A stretch of 64,000 nucleotides of DNA from a virus. The position numbers were made by a program, and so were the translations under genes. The stretch covers positions 1-64,000 of IMG/VR virus record IMGVR_UViG_3300006925_000010; one strand, 5' to 3'. This document shows positions 19,712 to 34,300 of this stretch, piece by piece. The notes below the pieces were generated by a model. It worked only from the letters and a program-made list of their open reading frames with translations. It did no database searches and had not been told where the DNA came from. Each line of letters begins with the position of its first letter. Position 1 is the first letter of the stretch.

Positions 19712-22159
19712 ATGTCTGAGAAGAAAGTTTATCAAAAGTTACCCGCGGTACTTCAAACTACTGCTATTAAAAACTTTTTTGAAAGTACAGTTGAGCAGTT
19801 ATTCAGCAAGTCAAATGTAGAACCAATACAAGGATACATTGGATCACCGAGTAGTGATGATGTTAATGTGTCTGGAAAATTTCTTGCAGAACCTACAACA
19901 ACTAAAAGGTTTTATGGGCTAACTCCAGCAGTTAATACTATTAACACCACAACAGGAACAAGCGAAAACTTGTTCTTCTATGACGAACTAGTTGAGACTC
20001 TTGAGACATATGGTGTTAACACAAAAAATCATAATAAAATTTTCTCAGAAAAATTTGCATCATTTATACCGCCGATAAACATAGATAAGTTTACAAACTA
20101 CCAAGAATACTATTGGTATCATTATGGACCTACAGCAATATCTGTAGTAGGAACAGTTACAGATTATATAGATATTGATAAGGATATTATTGGTAGCACA
20201 ACATTTCAGCCTGCAGGAGGAAAAGCATTCCGTAACGGTATGATTGTTAAATTCTCAGGCGATTACGTCATTCCAAGTTCTAAACATAATATAGAATATG
20301 TTGTACAAGGTGTAGGCGAAAGTATTAACTTAGCAAAAAAAGAAATAAATTTAAGTGCAAGATATACATCAACAATGTACTCAGGTACAAGTATTGATCT
20401 AGAATACAAAGTAGCAGGATCAATATACGATACTGTTACATATACTGCCGCACAAACAGGTGACGCAATTACATCAGACGTAGGTGAGCCTGAATCGTAT
20501 ATCAAAGGTTGTAATGCACCTGGACTGAAAGCAGAAATAAAAACAGTCAATGTAGGCACACTAAGTAGGTACAATGGAACAACTTCTATAAGCGACGGCA
20601 CAACAACTATATCAGTTGATCATAGTTCAGCAGGACCAAGAAACATAGTAGAACTAGTTGAGCAGTTACAAGCACAATCAGGATACAGTAATTTAAAGTT
20701 TACAATTAGTGTAGCCGATAGAGCACCAGTAGATTATGTTGTACAAGAAAAAAATGCTGTCAACAACAACACCTGGAGTAGAATTAACTTTTGGTATCAT
20801 AAAAATAACTTTTTAGATGCAGGTGATTCTCTTCCTAGCAGATCGTTTCGTGCAAGTAGACCTATAATAGAATTCGAACGAGAGTTAGAACTTTACAATC
20901 ACGGCACACAAAAAGCCATTGCTGATGTTGATGCGGTTGCATACAACTTTACATATAAAGATTTAGATGGTAGTCCTTCAACTACTCTTGTCGACGGCTT
21001 AAACAAATTAAACTACGGCAACATTATTTTTAATAATGAAGTTACTGATATTGCAAAATATGTTTACAAGTTAACAAAAGTAGTAGGTGACCCTACTGTT
21101 AATGTTACATCAAGTGCAGGTGATGGCGCACAATTTCAAATAGTACTTTCTGGTAAAGGCAGAGACAGTAAGATTAGTGCTGTAACTATTGATACTGGTG
21201 GCACAGGATATCAACAAGGTGATACTATAACAATTGGCACATCAGAAAACAATCCATACGGCACAGGTGCTGTATTAACTGCTACAGTGACGTCCGGAGC
21301 AATAGTTGGGGTAACAGTAGTAGATGGTGGTACAGGGTACTACAAAGACGGACAGTACAGATTAGAACAAGTTGGCAACCCTGATACTAATCCTGTAGGA
21401 TCGGTAGAAGGTAATGCATTGTTTATTCCATTACTAGCAGAAGTAAATCAAACAATTTCAGTTATTGGTGGCGAAACACAAATTGGTAAAGAATTTCGTT
21501 GGGACGGATTACAGTGGATCATGTGCCAAGAGAAGACTCTACCTAATCAGGCTCCTTTATTTAATTTATATGATGGCTCAGGCACGTTATTGAATGATGA
21601 AGCAATATACCCAACATCAACATTTAAAGGCAACAAAATATTTGGGTACGCAACAGATGTGCCTACAACTAATGCTGTAAACATCAGCAAGAGTACAGTA
21701 AAAGATACAGAATTAGGAACAGAATTAGTGTATAAGCAATACAACGCACAAAGTGAAATACTTTTTGAGAACTTTATAGAAACTGAAACATATAACTATA
21801 CACCGTTTGGCAGTAACATTACAACAGGTGTAACATTAGGTGCATCAAATACAGGTGGCCCATATTCCATAAATGGATACTATCCTTTGTATGCTAAAGA
21901 AACATTAGCACAGGCGGCGGGTGACGGTACAGTACATGAGCATGTATTCTTTGGCAAAACGTTTTTTATGCCAAATGGATTAGAACTAGGAACTACATCA
22001 TTCCATGGAAATTACAACGGAACATTGAATTCTTCTGCAGAAGCAGTTGTCGAAACTCCAACAACCTCTACTGTAAATACCAGGAATTCTACAACGATAA
22101 ATACTAGTACAAGTACAACCGGGTCAAGTTCCGGTTCAGGTTATGGAGGCTCGTACTAA
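19712..22159 (+). CDS. Virion baseplate-associated protein, N-terminal part of a split giant protein
   Basis: Follows gp6. PPINIDKFTNYQEYYW, DY.V....N.WSR.N.W.H, RA.RPIIEF, NQAPLF.LYD motifs; G.GY repeats. Ends in a duplicated domain and a Ser/Thr/Gly tail. Confidence 0.65.
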   Translation: MSEKKVYQKLPAVLQTTAIKNFFESTVEQLFSKSNVEPIQGYIGSPSSDDVNVSGKFLAEPTTTKRFYGLTPAVNTINTTTGTSENLFFYDELVETLETYGVNTKNHNKIFSEKFASFIPPINIDKFTNYQEYYWYHYGPTAISVVGTVTDYIDIDKDIIGSTTFQPAGGKAFRNGMIVKFSGDYVIPSSKHNIEYVVQGVGESINLAKKEINLSARYTSTMYSGTSIDLEYKVAGSIYDTVTYTAAQTGDAITSDVGEPESYIKGCNAPGLKAEIKTVNVGTLSRYNGTTSISDGTTTISVDHSSAGPRNIVELVEQLQAQSGYSNLKFTISVADRAPVDYVVQEKNAVNNNTWSRINFWYHKNNFLDAGDSLPSRSFRASRPIIEFERELELYNHGTQKAIADVDAVAYNFTYKDLDGSPSTTLVDGLNKLNYGNIIFNNEVTDIAKYVYKLTKVVGDPTVNVTSSAGDGAQFQIVLSGKGRDSKISAVTIDTGGTGYQQGDTITIGTSENNPYGTGAVLTATVTSGAIVGVTVVDGGTGYYKDGQYRLEQVGNPDTNPVGSVEGNALFIPLLAEVNQTISVIGGETQIGKEFRWDGLQWIMCQEKTLPNQAPLFNLYDGSGTLLNDEAIYPTSTFKGNKIFGYATDVPTTNAVNISKSTVKDTELGTELVYKQYNAQSEILFENFIETETYNYTPFGSNITTGVTLGASNTGGPYSINGYYPLYAKETLAQAAGDGTVHEHVFFGKTFFMPNGLELGTTSFHGNYNGTLNSSAEAVVETPTTSTVNTRNSTTINTSTSTTGSSSGSGYGGSY

Positions 22160-22374
22160 TGGCGACAGTTAATTTTGTTGGCGCAACTAACACAGTTGGC
22201 CCGTTTGCGATTAATGGTTATTACCCACTTTATGCAACGGAGACAGCATCTAACACACATAATGGTGGTAACGGTACCTCCCACATGCATGTGTTCTTTG
22301 GACAAAATTTTTACATGCCAAATGGTCTCACACTTGGATCAACTTTTTTCCACGGTGACTACGACGGTTCACTA
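21839..22374 (+). repeat. Duplicated ~63 aa domain flanking the gene boundary
   Basis: Copy 1 (21839-22027): GPYSINGYYPLYA...GTVHEHVFFGKTFFMPNGLELGTTSFHGNYNGTL. Copy 2 (22180-22374): GPFAINGYYPLYA...GTSHMHVFFGQNFYMPNGLTLGSTFFHGDYDGSL. Confidence 0.9.
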
Positions 22375-25300
22375 ACAGCAGAATATAATCAGTCTGCTAC
22401 AACAAATAGTGCGTCTAATATTCAAGGTTATCATTACTATAAATTAGACAAAACTGCACCTGAGTATCACAATGCGTGGAGAATGATTGACTCGCCTACT
22501 AACCAACGAATCATAACATCATACTCGTTTACACAAATTGATATTGATGCAGGAATAAAGGAATTTTGGATAGGTTGCTATCCAGATGTTGATACTACTA
22601 GAGCATGTGGTTATGATATTATAATTAAAATAAATGCAATAGAAGATACCAATTTTACTTACGGTGCTGTAAACAGAGAAGGGTTTGTACAATTCCCAAC
22701 AACAAAAACATTTAAGGCTGGCGACTTTATAGAAATAAGTGCATCAGCAGAAAAAGGATTAGTAAATACAACCGGCGTAAGAAAATATGAATTACCACTA
22801 AGTTGGGGTCATAACACACTAAACGCTGATATTACTAACATATCATCGCCAGAGTTTACAGGACATTTTAAAAAGCACATAGAAGGACAGTCTTCGTTTG
22901 CTGGCGAGAGTCTAGGTAGTAACAACTACCAAGATAGTAAAAAAGTCGTAGGTGTAGAAGACGACATAGTACAAACAAACCAAGACACATTATTGGGTGC
23001 GTTCTTAGTCGATGATCAGCCTGCTAATTTAGTAGATGCAATAAGATTCAACGCAAACGAGTATACTAAATTTAAAAATCGTTTAAGACATGAGATAGAA
23101 AAGTTTTATACTGAAAAGGCAACAACAGGTCTAACAAACAATTATATATTAGAGCAAGTACTTAGAAATGTAACAAGTTTTAGAATAGGCAATGATGTTT
23201 TTAATAAAACTTATATTTTACCGTTTGGTGATAACTACACAAAAGAAGATTTTATAGTAACACTTGATACTACAGCCTACAACTTGTCTAACTACTTAGA
23301 TCTAGATAAAATTGAAAATAGTCTGCTAGTTTATTTGAACGACAAATTATTAGTTATTGAAAAAGACTATATAATCTCTAGTTTTAATCCTATACAGATA
23401 ACATTAGTAACACCGGCATCAGGCGGTGATTCATTGTGTACTAAACTATATAATGCAGAAAGAGATAGTGCCCAGTGCCCACCTACACCAAGTACAATGG
23501 GTATATTGCCTTTACATAGACCAGAAATAGTTACTGACAATAGTTTTAGTACTCCTATTTCAACACTTGTAGGACATGACGGTAGCAGACAAAAAGCATT
23601 TGGTGATTTCAGAGACGACATACTATTAGAATTTGAAACTAGAGTTTACAACTCAGCAAAAGCAGAATTTAGAACAGCAAACAGTTTACCGGCATACAGC
23701 AGTATTGATATACGTTGTGGTGCATTTAGAAACACAGGTTATAGTCATGGCGAGTTTTACGATCTTATTAGACATTATTTTGCCGCATGGACGGTCAACG
23801 AAAAACTAGATCCAATTGTAAATGAATTTTACGATGTTAACAACGACTGGACATGGAACTACAGTAATACTGAATTGCCAGGACACTGGAGAGGCTTTTA
23901 CGAATTTCATTACGATACAGTAAGACCAAATACGCATCCTTGGGAAATGTTAGGATTCACAGAGAAACCTTTATGGTTTGATGAAGAATATTACGTTTAT
24001 GCAATAGACGACATTGATAGATTGATACCTAGCATAAACTATAGTTCTACAAATACAAAACTTTGGAATGATCTAGAAGAAGGCATTATTAGGCAAGGAC
24101 CAAGAAAAAATACAGCATCTTATAAAATCAGTAATCCGTATAGACGTATTGGTTTAAGTAAAGTATTACCAATTGACGCTGATGCAAAACTAATTAGTCC
24201 TTATAAAATTAAGTCTACCGATACAACAACAATTACTGTTTCTTGGACTCCTTCAGAAGGTAGTGCTGATGACGTATTCCCATTTAGAAGTAATAGTTTT
24301 AGAAAACTTCAAGGCATTAATGTTACAGTAGCAGACAAATTATATGTTGAGAGTAACAACTTACCAACTGCTACAAAGAAAACAATAGAGCAAGTAACAT
24401 CGTTTGAGATTCCAAGACTTACACAATTAACTAATCAAGCGGCTTGGTCAGCATCTCCGCAAATAAAAGCAAAAGCAATTGGTGTGTTAGTTAACGGTGA
24501 TCCATTGATGAGTATTGACAGCAATACACAATGGGACACTGATAAAGACATTTTAGATGCAACGTGGATTTACAACAAAGCACAACAAAAAGATTTAACA
24601 AATCCTGTAATAACTCCAGAAGGCATAGCAACTCATTATACTATTGGCCCTGATGTTTTAGGTCTTACAGAATGGTCCACAACTACTGCATCACCTATTG
24701 TAGGTTGGGCATTTGACGGTTTACCAATTTATGGCCCTTATGGTTACAGTGATGCTTCAGATAATACTAGTAGCATTGTAAGAATAGAAAGCGGCTGGGA
24801 GTTAGATACTAGAACAAGAGGAACTGCTAACTCAGACGAAACAACGGGACCAGGCGGCAAGCCAACTGGACAATTTATTAAAGACTTTAAGATAAGTTCT
24901 AATGCAGGGTCAGGCGGTTATACAGATAGTTATAACTTACGACTTGCAGTTACAGCCGATAGTGCAACACCTATATATCACTATGTAGCAACAATAGATG
25001 CAAACGGTAAACCTGCTTTCCCTTATCACGTTGGTGGCGGAATTGTAGGCACAGACAGATGGGCAGGAAAGTTTAGAGCGGCATCAGTTGCAACAGGTAC
25101 TATCAGTTCGATAGATGTTATCGATGCTGGCGGCTTGTATACATCAGCGCCGAGCATTACAATTACAGGTGATGGTTCTGGTGCAACAGCAACAGCAGTT
25201 ATAACAGATAAAAAAATTACAAGTATCACAATTAATACCCCAGGTGCAGGCTATACTTATGCAACTGCAACAGTAACAGGCAATGGTGTAAGAGGAAAGG

Positions 25301-28300
25301 TTAGAGTAAACGTATTAGGAAAAGATAATTCAACATTTGCCGGAACTAGGAACCAAGGCGAGAATCCTGCTATAGGCAGTATTAAGTCTACTACATATTC
25401 AACAAAAATTGGTGTTGACGGCATATGGAAACTAGGAGACGGTGCACCAGTTGAAAATGCATTTAAGTACAGTTCAGCATTTGCCTTTGCACAAACAGAA
25501 GCATTATTACTTGCTAAGCCGGGTAGATTTGCTACAATATTCTCAGACCCAACACAACTAGAAAGACCTACAGTAAACAATGCACAGTTATTAAGTAAGT
25601 CAACTAAAAAACGTTGGAAATTCCTTGATACTACAGATTTCAAAATACACGGTGACGTAGATGTAAATTCTGGTAAGATGATTACTAATATTGGCTACAC
25701 ACAGTTTATTAACAGTTGGTTAAAATTTCAAGGACTAGATACAGTTTTAAATTTTGTTAATCCTTTAAGAACTCTTAATGTTAAACTTGCACACAGAATG
25801 AGTGGCTTTATAGACAAAGACACACTGACAGCAAGAACAGACCAATATAGTAATGACGGTAATGCAACCAGTTTAATTATTCCAAAAGAAAATATAACAA
25901 CTACATTACATAGCAGTAACTATAAATCAAGAAACTTTTACTCCGGTGTTATTATAGAAAAAACAAAGACTGGTTATAGGGTTAGAGGTTTTGATAAGAA
26001 CAGAGGATACTTTGAAATATTACAACCTGTAAAAACAGGAAAGACTGTAGAAGTAGAAGTAGGCGGCGAAGCCGAAGCATTTACTGTTTGGAAGCCGGGT
26101 GTAACTTATAACACAGGCAATATTGTACAGTATAGAAATAACTTTTACATAGCACCACTTAGAATTACGTCAGGCAATATATTTGATACAAAGGTATGGC
26201 AAAAACTTGCTAAACTTCCTCAGGTTGGTTCTGCAAGAGCAGTACACTATGTTGACACAAATAATGTTGTTGAAAGAGTGCCGTACGAAATAGAATATAC
26301 AACAGAACAAGAAGTATTTGATTTACTAATTGGTCTAGGCAAGTTCCAACAAAGCAAAGGATTTGAGTTTGGTGAGTACAGTAACGATATTGGCGAAGTT
26401 AGAGATTGGGCCTATAGTGCTAAACAATTCCTTTTCTGGACATCAGGTAAATGGGAAATAGGTAACACATTAGAATTATCTCCTTTAGCAAGTAAAATAA
26501 AATTTGTTGCTCCAAGAGGATTTATTGCTAAGATTAACAGATCTGACAGAGAGCAATTCACAATACTAGATCAAATAGGCGAGGGAATTGATCCTACTGA
26601 TTGTACAATAGTTAGAGAGGATAACTTTATAGAAGTTACTCCGCCGGAGAACAAACAGATATACAGCCTAATGCTTTATACAAAAGAAGTAGAACATGCA
26701 TTAGTGTTCGATAGCACAACAGACTTTAGTGATGTTATCTATAATCAAACATTTAATCAAAGACATAGACGTATTAGATTAAAAGGACAACGAACAGAAA
26801 ATTGGAAAGGTAAATTCCTCAGTGAAGGGTTTATTATAGACGGTGACGAACTATTGCCTAACTTAGATAACTTAGCAGAAAGTTTAGGACGTTATCATGA
26901 GTTTGGATTTATTCCAGTAGAGAAGCAAGTATACAACGCAAGTAGAGCCTTGTTTGGGTACACAGAAAGAGACTATCTAACAGAACTTGATATTCAAGAC
27001 GATGAGCAATTTGATTTCTATAGAGGAATGATACAAGGAAAAGGTACTAGCGAAAGTTTAGGACGTATTGCTAGAAGTAGTGCAGTTATTTCAGGCAACG
27101 TTAACATCTTTGACGAGTGGGCACTTAGAGTAGGAGATTTTGGTGATACAGATAACAACCAGAGTATCGAACTTAAATTAATTAAGTCTGATATAAAACA
27201 AGATCCACAACTTATAACATTAGATTTTCCAGAAGATGTAACAAACATAGTAAGCAGGATTGATATTATTGATCCTAACTATGCCTATAATTCTGTCCCT
27301 ACAATAGAGATATCACAACCACCAGTAGGCGGTGTTCAAGCAACAGCAACAGCATTCCTTGATAGTGATACTAACAAGTTACAAAAAATAACAGTAACTA
27401 ATTCAGGTAGTGGGTACGGAGAGATACCTACTGCTAGAGTATTAGCAAGTGACATTTTAATTAGTTCAGGAACAAGCACAATACCTAAGGTTGTTGCAAC
27501 TACAAGTAATTACTTTGACTTTACTCAAACAAGTGCAAGTATTATTATTGCTGATGGCATTTCTTCAAATGCCGCTGTTACAGTAAATGTTACAAACGGT
27601 GGTAGTGCTATTACTACAGCAAACGTATTAGCGGCTGTTAACGATAACGTATCAATTAATGCAAACGTGCAACTTAATTTAATACCGTCTGAAGTAATAA
27701 GCGGTAGTACAACTGTAACAAAATATACAGCACAATTTGTAGGTAACGACTTTTATTTACAAAGTGGTGCAAACTTTGGTCATGCCACAAGTAATGTACA
27801 TTATCAACCTACACAAAGATATGCAGTTTCAAGTGCAATGGCTGGCTCAACAAGTCAAACAACAATAGATGATGTAGAAGTATCTATTAATGATACTGCT
27901 ATTGCTAACTCATTATTTACTTACGATGCTGGAAGTGTAAACACATCAACTACAACAGTAACTTATCCTAGTTTAAACACAACGGCAACTAGAGCAGAAG
28001 GCGAAATACTATTTCCTGAGCAAAACAATAGTTTTACAATTACACTATCAACGCCAATTGATCTAAACAACTTAGAAGTAGACACAGACGGTGACTACAA
28101 ATTCATAGAGTTATACATTGGTGATGTACTAATAAGTAACTCAAAAAATTCTATATCGTTTGGCGACCACGACAACAATTCAGGTACAGCGGATCAAGAA
28201 TATATCACTGTAAACGGCACAATGTTTACTATTGCCGCCAACGGTGCAAGTATTACATTCCCAGATGTATCGAGACTTCCTGATAGTGTTAAAACAACAA

Positions 28301-31300
28301 TTAAAAATCCTCCTACGCAAACACAGGCGGCAGGCAAGCAACAGCAGTTAGTAAAAGTTATACCAACTGGCTCAGTAATTAAAGTCATTGAAGACCCTAC
28401 AGTACAACTTGATGCATCGCTGAAATCAGATATATCTGGTGCAAAATTAAATATTAGAGTAACAGCACAAGACGGTATTGCTGTGAGAATGGGCACCAAA
28501 CGAAACTATCTGATAACCGAAGATGATAAAAGCGACAACACAATTTTAATTGATATTGATGACGCAACAAGATTTATTAAAAAGCCAACAGGTGTTAAAG
28601 AAAACAATTTATGGCCTGTAACTAAGTTAGTAAATTCTACAGGTATATACGATAACAAATATGCAACTGTAAGAAATGCTGGTTATGTAAATAGCAGTAA
28701 TGTTACTTTCCAAGCATTTGATGTTGCAAGTATTCCAGACTTGTATGGAGATGATTTACTACTTACACCTACAACAAATGACTTGATTCATGTTGCTAAG
28801 AGCGAGAATGCAGACTGGAACGTATATAAGTTAACAAAAACAGATGCATCAGTACATTACTTAGAACGTCAAGACTCAGGCAAAGTGAATCTTATCACTA
28901 ACTTCAGTTTATTTAATTATCTCGACACAAACGAAATTGGTCAACCAAACACCGGAAGATACTTAGACTATGTGTTGTCCTTAGACAATCCTAACGTTAA
29001 TAATAATGTTGTTGTATGGACAAACGAAGAAGTTGTTGCTAGAAAAGAATCTAAGATTAAGGATTTTGAAGCACCACAAATGATACAAGCTCGTATAAAG
29101 AGCATAGGTCCAAGAGTAAACAAAACAATTTCAGCAGTTGCTCCACATTTTGGTAAAGCAATTACTGGCATTACTTTAACACCTAAGAACGACAGCGACA
29201 CAGTTGTGGCAACAGGTAATTTAAGCGACCTACAAGAACTTGATGCTTTTGAATTAGTGGACGGTGTAGGTGTTGTTACTAGAAATCCAGCAACAATATC
29301 CGGTCCGACAAACACTGACGAAATAACTGTAGATCCTATTAGGGTTGAAAGCATTGCAATAACCAATGGCGGTAGTGGCTACACAGCAAGACCAACTGTT
29401 TCTATAACAAATAGTGCAGGCGGTGATAATGCAACAGCAGTAGCAGAAATTAGTGGACCTATTACTAATTCAGTAACTATCGGTAACGCAGGTGCAGGGT
29501 ATTCCGCAGATAATATCTCAATAGTGTTTAGTCCACCAGAAAATGTAGATGCAACAACAGGATTATCAAACGTAGCAACAGCAACAGCCACACTAGGCTC
29601 AGACGGAGAAATTACTGCAATTACAGTAACTAATGTAGGTAGTGGCTATACGGCGGCTCCTACAATAACAGTTTTAGGTGACAGCACTGATAGAGCATTA
29701 CTAACAGCAACACTAAATGCATCCGTGGATAACATTGTTATCATTAACGGTGGTTCTGGATACAGCTCAGTAAGTCCAACAGTAGCAATAGCAGGTGGTG
29801 GCGGTTCTAGTGCAACAGCAACAGCAACAAAAACTACTGTAGCAACAACTCCTATAGCAAAACTATTTGCGGCGGCAGGTAACGATGCAACAAAAGTAAA
29901 AATTAAATTCCTTGCAGGGATTAAAGACTCATTAGAGTTTGACACATCTAGAACGGAACCAGAACAAGCAACACTCGATGCTATACTGTCTGTAAAAGAT
30001 GAGCCGTTCAAACTAAAAAGTTATAATAATACTACAGGAACATTTGTACTCAAACATTCATCATTTGCAGTTGCAAATGTATTAACCAATTTAGAAAATA
30101 TTGGATACGAATCTAAAGTTACAACAACATATACTCCAAGTGGTGCAAACTTCTTTGTAGCGGCAAACACTGGATTTAGAAGATTTGAGTTCCAAGACAT
30201 TACTGCAGGTGCAACAATCGGTTATTCAACTAATGTAACAATAAAGCACTTAAACAAAACTAAACTAACAGTAACTAATCACTCAATGAGAGTTGGTGAT
30301 GTTATTAGAGTATTTACAAATACTTTTAGTGGTGCTTACAAAATTGATCTTATAGTTGACGAAAACAATATTGTAATTAAGGCTCCATATATTCCAGGAT
30401 TCAGTTCTGGTTCTGTATACGGAGAAGGCATAGAAATAAAAACAATCGGTGCTCACGGCATATCACCAATATATGCGGCATCAGATAAAACAATTTCTGT
30501 TCACTTTGCAGATCCTAAGAGTTATAATAGAAAGTATATAATTGATCACGTTACACCTGAAAGTATTTTCATAAGTGGTAGATGGGCACCAGCAACAGGT
30601 ACTTCAACATATTATGAACACAAAGTTGGAACGGTAACTGGACAAACAGCATACAATGGGTCAAACCAATCTACTGCAACAAACATTATTAACGTTACTG
30701 ATGATTTAAAACTAAGCGAGTCATTATTAACATACACCGGAAACGGTCAGATAGTTCCACCACAGCATGTAACAACATCAGGAAATAAAGTTTATATACA
30801 ACCTGCGGCACTTCCAGCAGTAACATCGAGTGCAGTATATCCTCCAGTTGAAATAGCAGTAGTAAGACAACGTAGCAGAGACATGAACAGATACCCTCTT
30901 GTTACAACAGGTGATTTTGACACAGTTACTATTAACGGAAGCCAAATTAAAATTGATAATATTAATAGTGCAAGTGCAGTAGAAAGTTCTATAAACAGAC
31001 ACATGAAACTGAAAAGAGAGCATGTTAAAGCAAATCAGTCAGGTATCGAAATAGGCTTTGCTATGCTCAATGATCCTAATACACCACTGTATGACGGTAA
31101 AAAAGCAGGGGCATTGGCTAACTATAATCCTTACGTTCATGATCCAGAACTTATTGCTAAATTAAGTAACGGTGAACTAACGGTTGAAAGAGAAATAGAG
31201 TACCAAGCAACCGGCGAAGAAGACATAGATTATAACTTTAATAAAGGACCTGATAACCGCGGTCCTGTATTTGGCTTAACATATACTGACCAGGATACAA

Positions 31301-34300
31301 ATATATATTATGTTTGGAATCCTACAAGATCAAAATATATACCATACACAAATTTAGAAGGTGGAACAGAACCTAATAGGGAAGAAACACCAAGACCAAT
31401 GCCTAGTAATCATGTAACAGTTCCTTCTGGTGCTACAATATATGGACCATGGCAACCGTCTGTTTCGTTCACAATCAGCGATAATCCTTTAGAAAACATT
31501 GCTTATATAAAAGATACAGTTGTTTCTAAGGATGGTAAAGTATACAAAGCAACAGCAGATATTACATTTAGTAATAACATGGTATTTGAACCAGCACGTT
31601 GGACAGAAGTTGTAGGTAATAAGACATCTAACGATCCTGAAACATTCTTTGCAGATGATTATGAAGCAAGTATTGACCACTTGATACCAAAACTAATTCC
31701 TGGAACTGCAACAACAGTAGGTAGTGCGCCAGGTGTCAAACGTACAGTATACAACATGGAAGCAACACAAACTAAGACGTTGGCTGATTCAAGTACTGTT
31801 ACACTTCCAATGTTTAGACTGCATCCTAGCAGTGAAAACATATTCGAAGTTTATCAACTAGTTCAAAACGACGGTGCCGGTAGTGCAAACGGTCCTGTGT
31901 ATTATATATTATTAGACAAAGTAAATCCAGAACTAGTAAATGCAGAAATAGATTACAATGCAACAGTAAATGAATACAGCAGTTTTGGTAACTATAAAAA
32001 AACAGAATACTACTATGTAAATGAGATTATTCCTACAGTCGATGCAAATTTAAGAATTACAAATGCAAATGATCCTATAAGACTTGAAAGCACACTTAAT
32101 GTAGTTTCATTGCCACCAGTTGAACCAGCGACTTTTGTTGGATTACAATTTGTCGAAGAGCCTTTTGCTGTAAGTGGCGGCAATAGTTCAGATGCAATAG
32201 CAAATTTACAAAGCATACCAGAACTAAGTATAGAAGGAAATAATGTTGTAGTTAACAGTACTGGATTTAATAATTATCTTATGTGGACACCTGGACTAGG
32301 TCCAAGACAATGGAGACCAAATGCTGAAGGGCCTGGCTTCTTACCAGGAGTTAACGGTAACGATACACACTTTGGATATGGCAGAGGATATTACAGTCTC
32401 AATGACACACATTTGCCAGCAGACTATCCAGATATTGCATCATACTATCAAGAAGGTAGAACAGCATACAATGGCGTAATGCCTAGGTTTATGTACAGTA
32501 AGAAATTTACTGTGTCGCCTATTGCAGTAAATCATCCAGTAGAAACATTCACAGATGCAGAAGGTAATATTATTTCTCATGCAGAAGCAGACATTCTGGG
32601 ACTAGACGGTGTAGTAACACAACCAACTTATGTTCCTTCAACTGATGAGGATACAGGAAACACAGGCCTTAGACCAGAAGAAGTATTTGTTGCTTGTTTC
32701 TGGACAGAAGAATTCATATACGAAGATCAGTTAACAGGAGTTGATTATAACACAACATCTGCAAACGGTCAACCAACTCCAACTTACAGTAATTATACTG
32801 GAACAGTAGTAAGGGTAAAATATATTAGACTTACAGAGTTACCTGCAAATGCATTTACACAAAGATTAATACCTGATACAGGTTGGGCAGGAAGAGGATG
32901 GAACAATCTAGTTTCAGATAGTTTACCAGAACAAATAAACGAAGATAACATATTTGATTACTTTAATCCTGTGCCTACCGTAGGTGGCGCCACTGACAGT
33001 GACGACCCAGAAGTAACTATTGTTCTAGGGTTAGGTGACGGCGAAACAGCAGAAGATTCAGTTGCAATAACTAATACAGGACAATTAGCACCAGATAAAA
33101 AAGTTGCACATACAGTACCAGCAACACAACTTGGACCTATTCTAAACGGGGATTTCTTTAACGGATTGCCAGGACCGTGTGCAACATTACCTCTATTAAC
33201 TCCACCAGACGAGGATACTAGAGCATGTGATGACGTTCCTAATATACACGAATATCTTGCTATAGATAACTATAGTGCTCAGTTACGAGGCAATGATGTT
33301 ACAGTAACAGAAGAAGAAGCAATCGAAGTAGGGTTAGATCAAAGTGGAGAAGTAACATATAATGACAACATGTCATTCGATTACTCCAGAGGATTAAGCT
33401 CAGGTACATTTGCAGATACATACGATAATGCAAACTGGCAATTTGTGAATGTTAAAGTTTCAGGTTCACATCCATTGAGAGTATTCTTTGATTCCTTAGA
33501 AGGAGATTTAAAACACTTAGGTATAGTAGTAGTACAAAATAGTGAACCGTACTTTAGTGAACTTGGCGGAAAAGCAGACCTAATTGGAAATTGGGTTAGA
33601 TCAAGTAGTTCTAATAATAGACCACAAAAAGAAATAGACTGGTGGGCAAATGCTAGAGTTGTTGAGAGTACGTTAGTATCTGGTCAACCAATAGGAACAA
33701 GAGGTGATCAGGTTGCACAATACGGTGCGAATTCTATTGGTGCTGATAATAAGAAACGTGATAGTGTAGTAGATAGTTTGATAATCAGTCAGGACGATCA
33801 TAGAAACTTATTAGAAAAAGATTTTGATAGTAGTTCTAATAAGCCGATTAACTCAAATGAACATAGAGTAAGTGCCAATCATATACATACTCAAACAGGC
33901 CCATTTAGTGAACCAATAGAAGAGGATACCACTCTTAGTTATTCCGATGAAGGAGCCAATGCTACACGTTGGTTAGTAAATGATATTGGTGTTCGAGGAA
34001 TAGGATTTATTGGATCACAGGTTAATTGTGCATTAGGAGAATACGTTACTGTGTTCTTTAGACCAGATGACAGCATAACAAGATCAGATTTAGGAACTAA
34101 ATTACAATGGCAAGCAGTAATAGACTTCCATGGTGCAGTTGTTGATGGCTCTGAGTTAGGTGCCCCAGTACCACCATGTTTAGAAGGCCACAGTACTGCT
34201 TATGCTCAAGGAGCCAGGAGAAGATCATGGAGAGGCAGAAACAGTTGGGGTTACTTTGGACAACATAGATCTAGCAGAGAAAGATTTGATCCTAACAAAA

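Noticed and set aside
21839-22374. Split intein or assembly duplication at the giant-gene junction
   Set aside because: No intein terminal residues, and the copies differ at many synonymous and non-synonymous sites.
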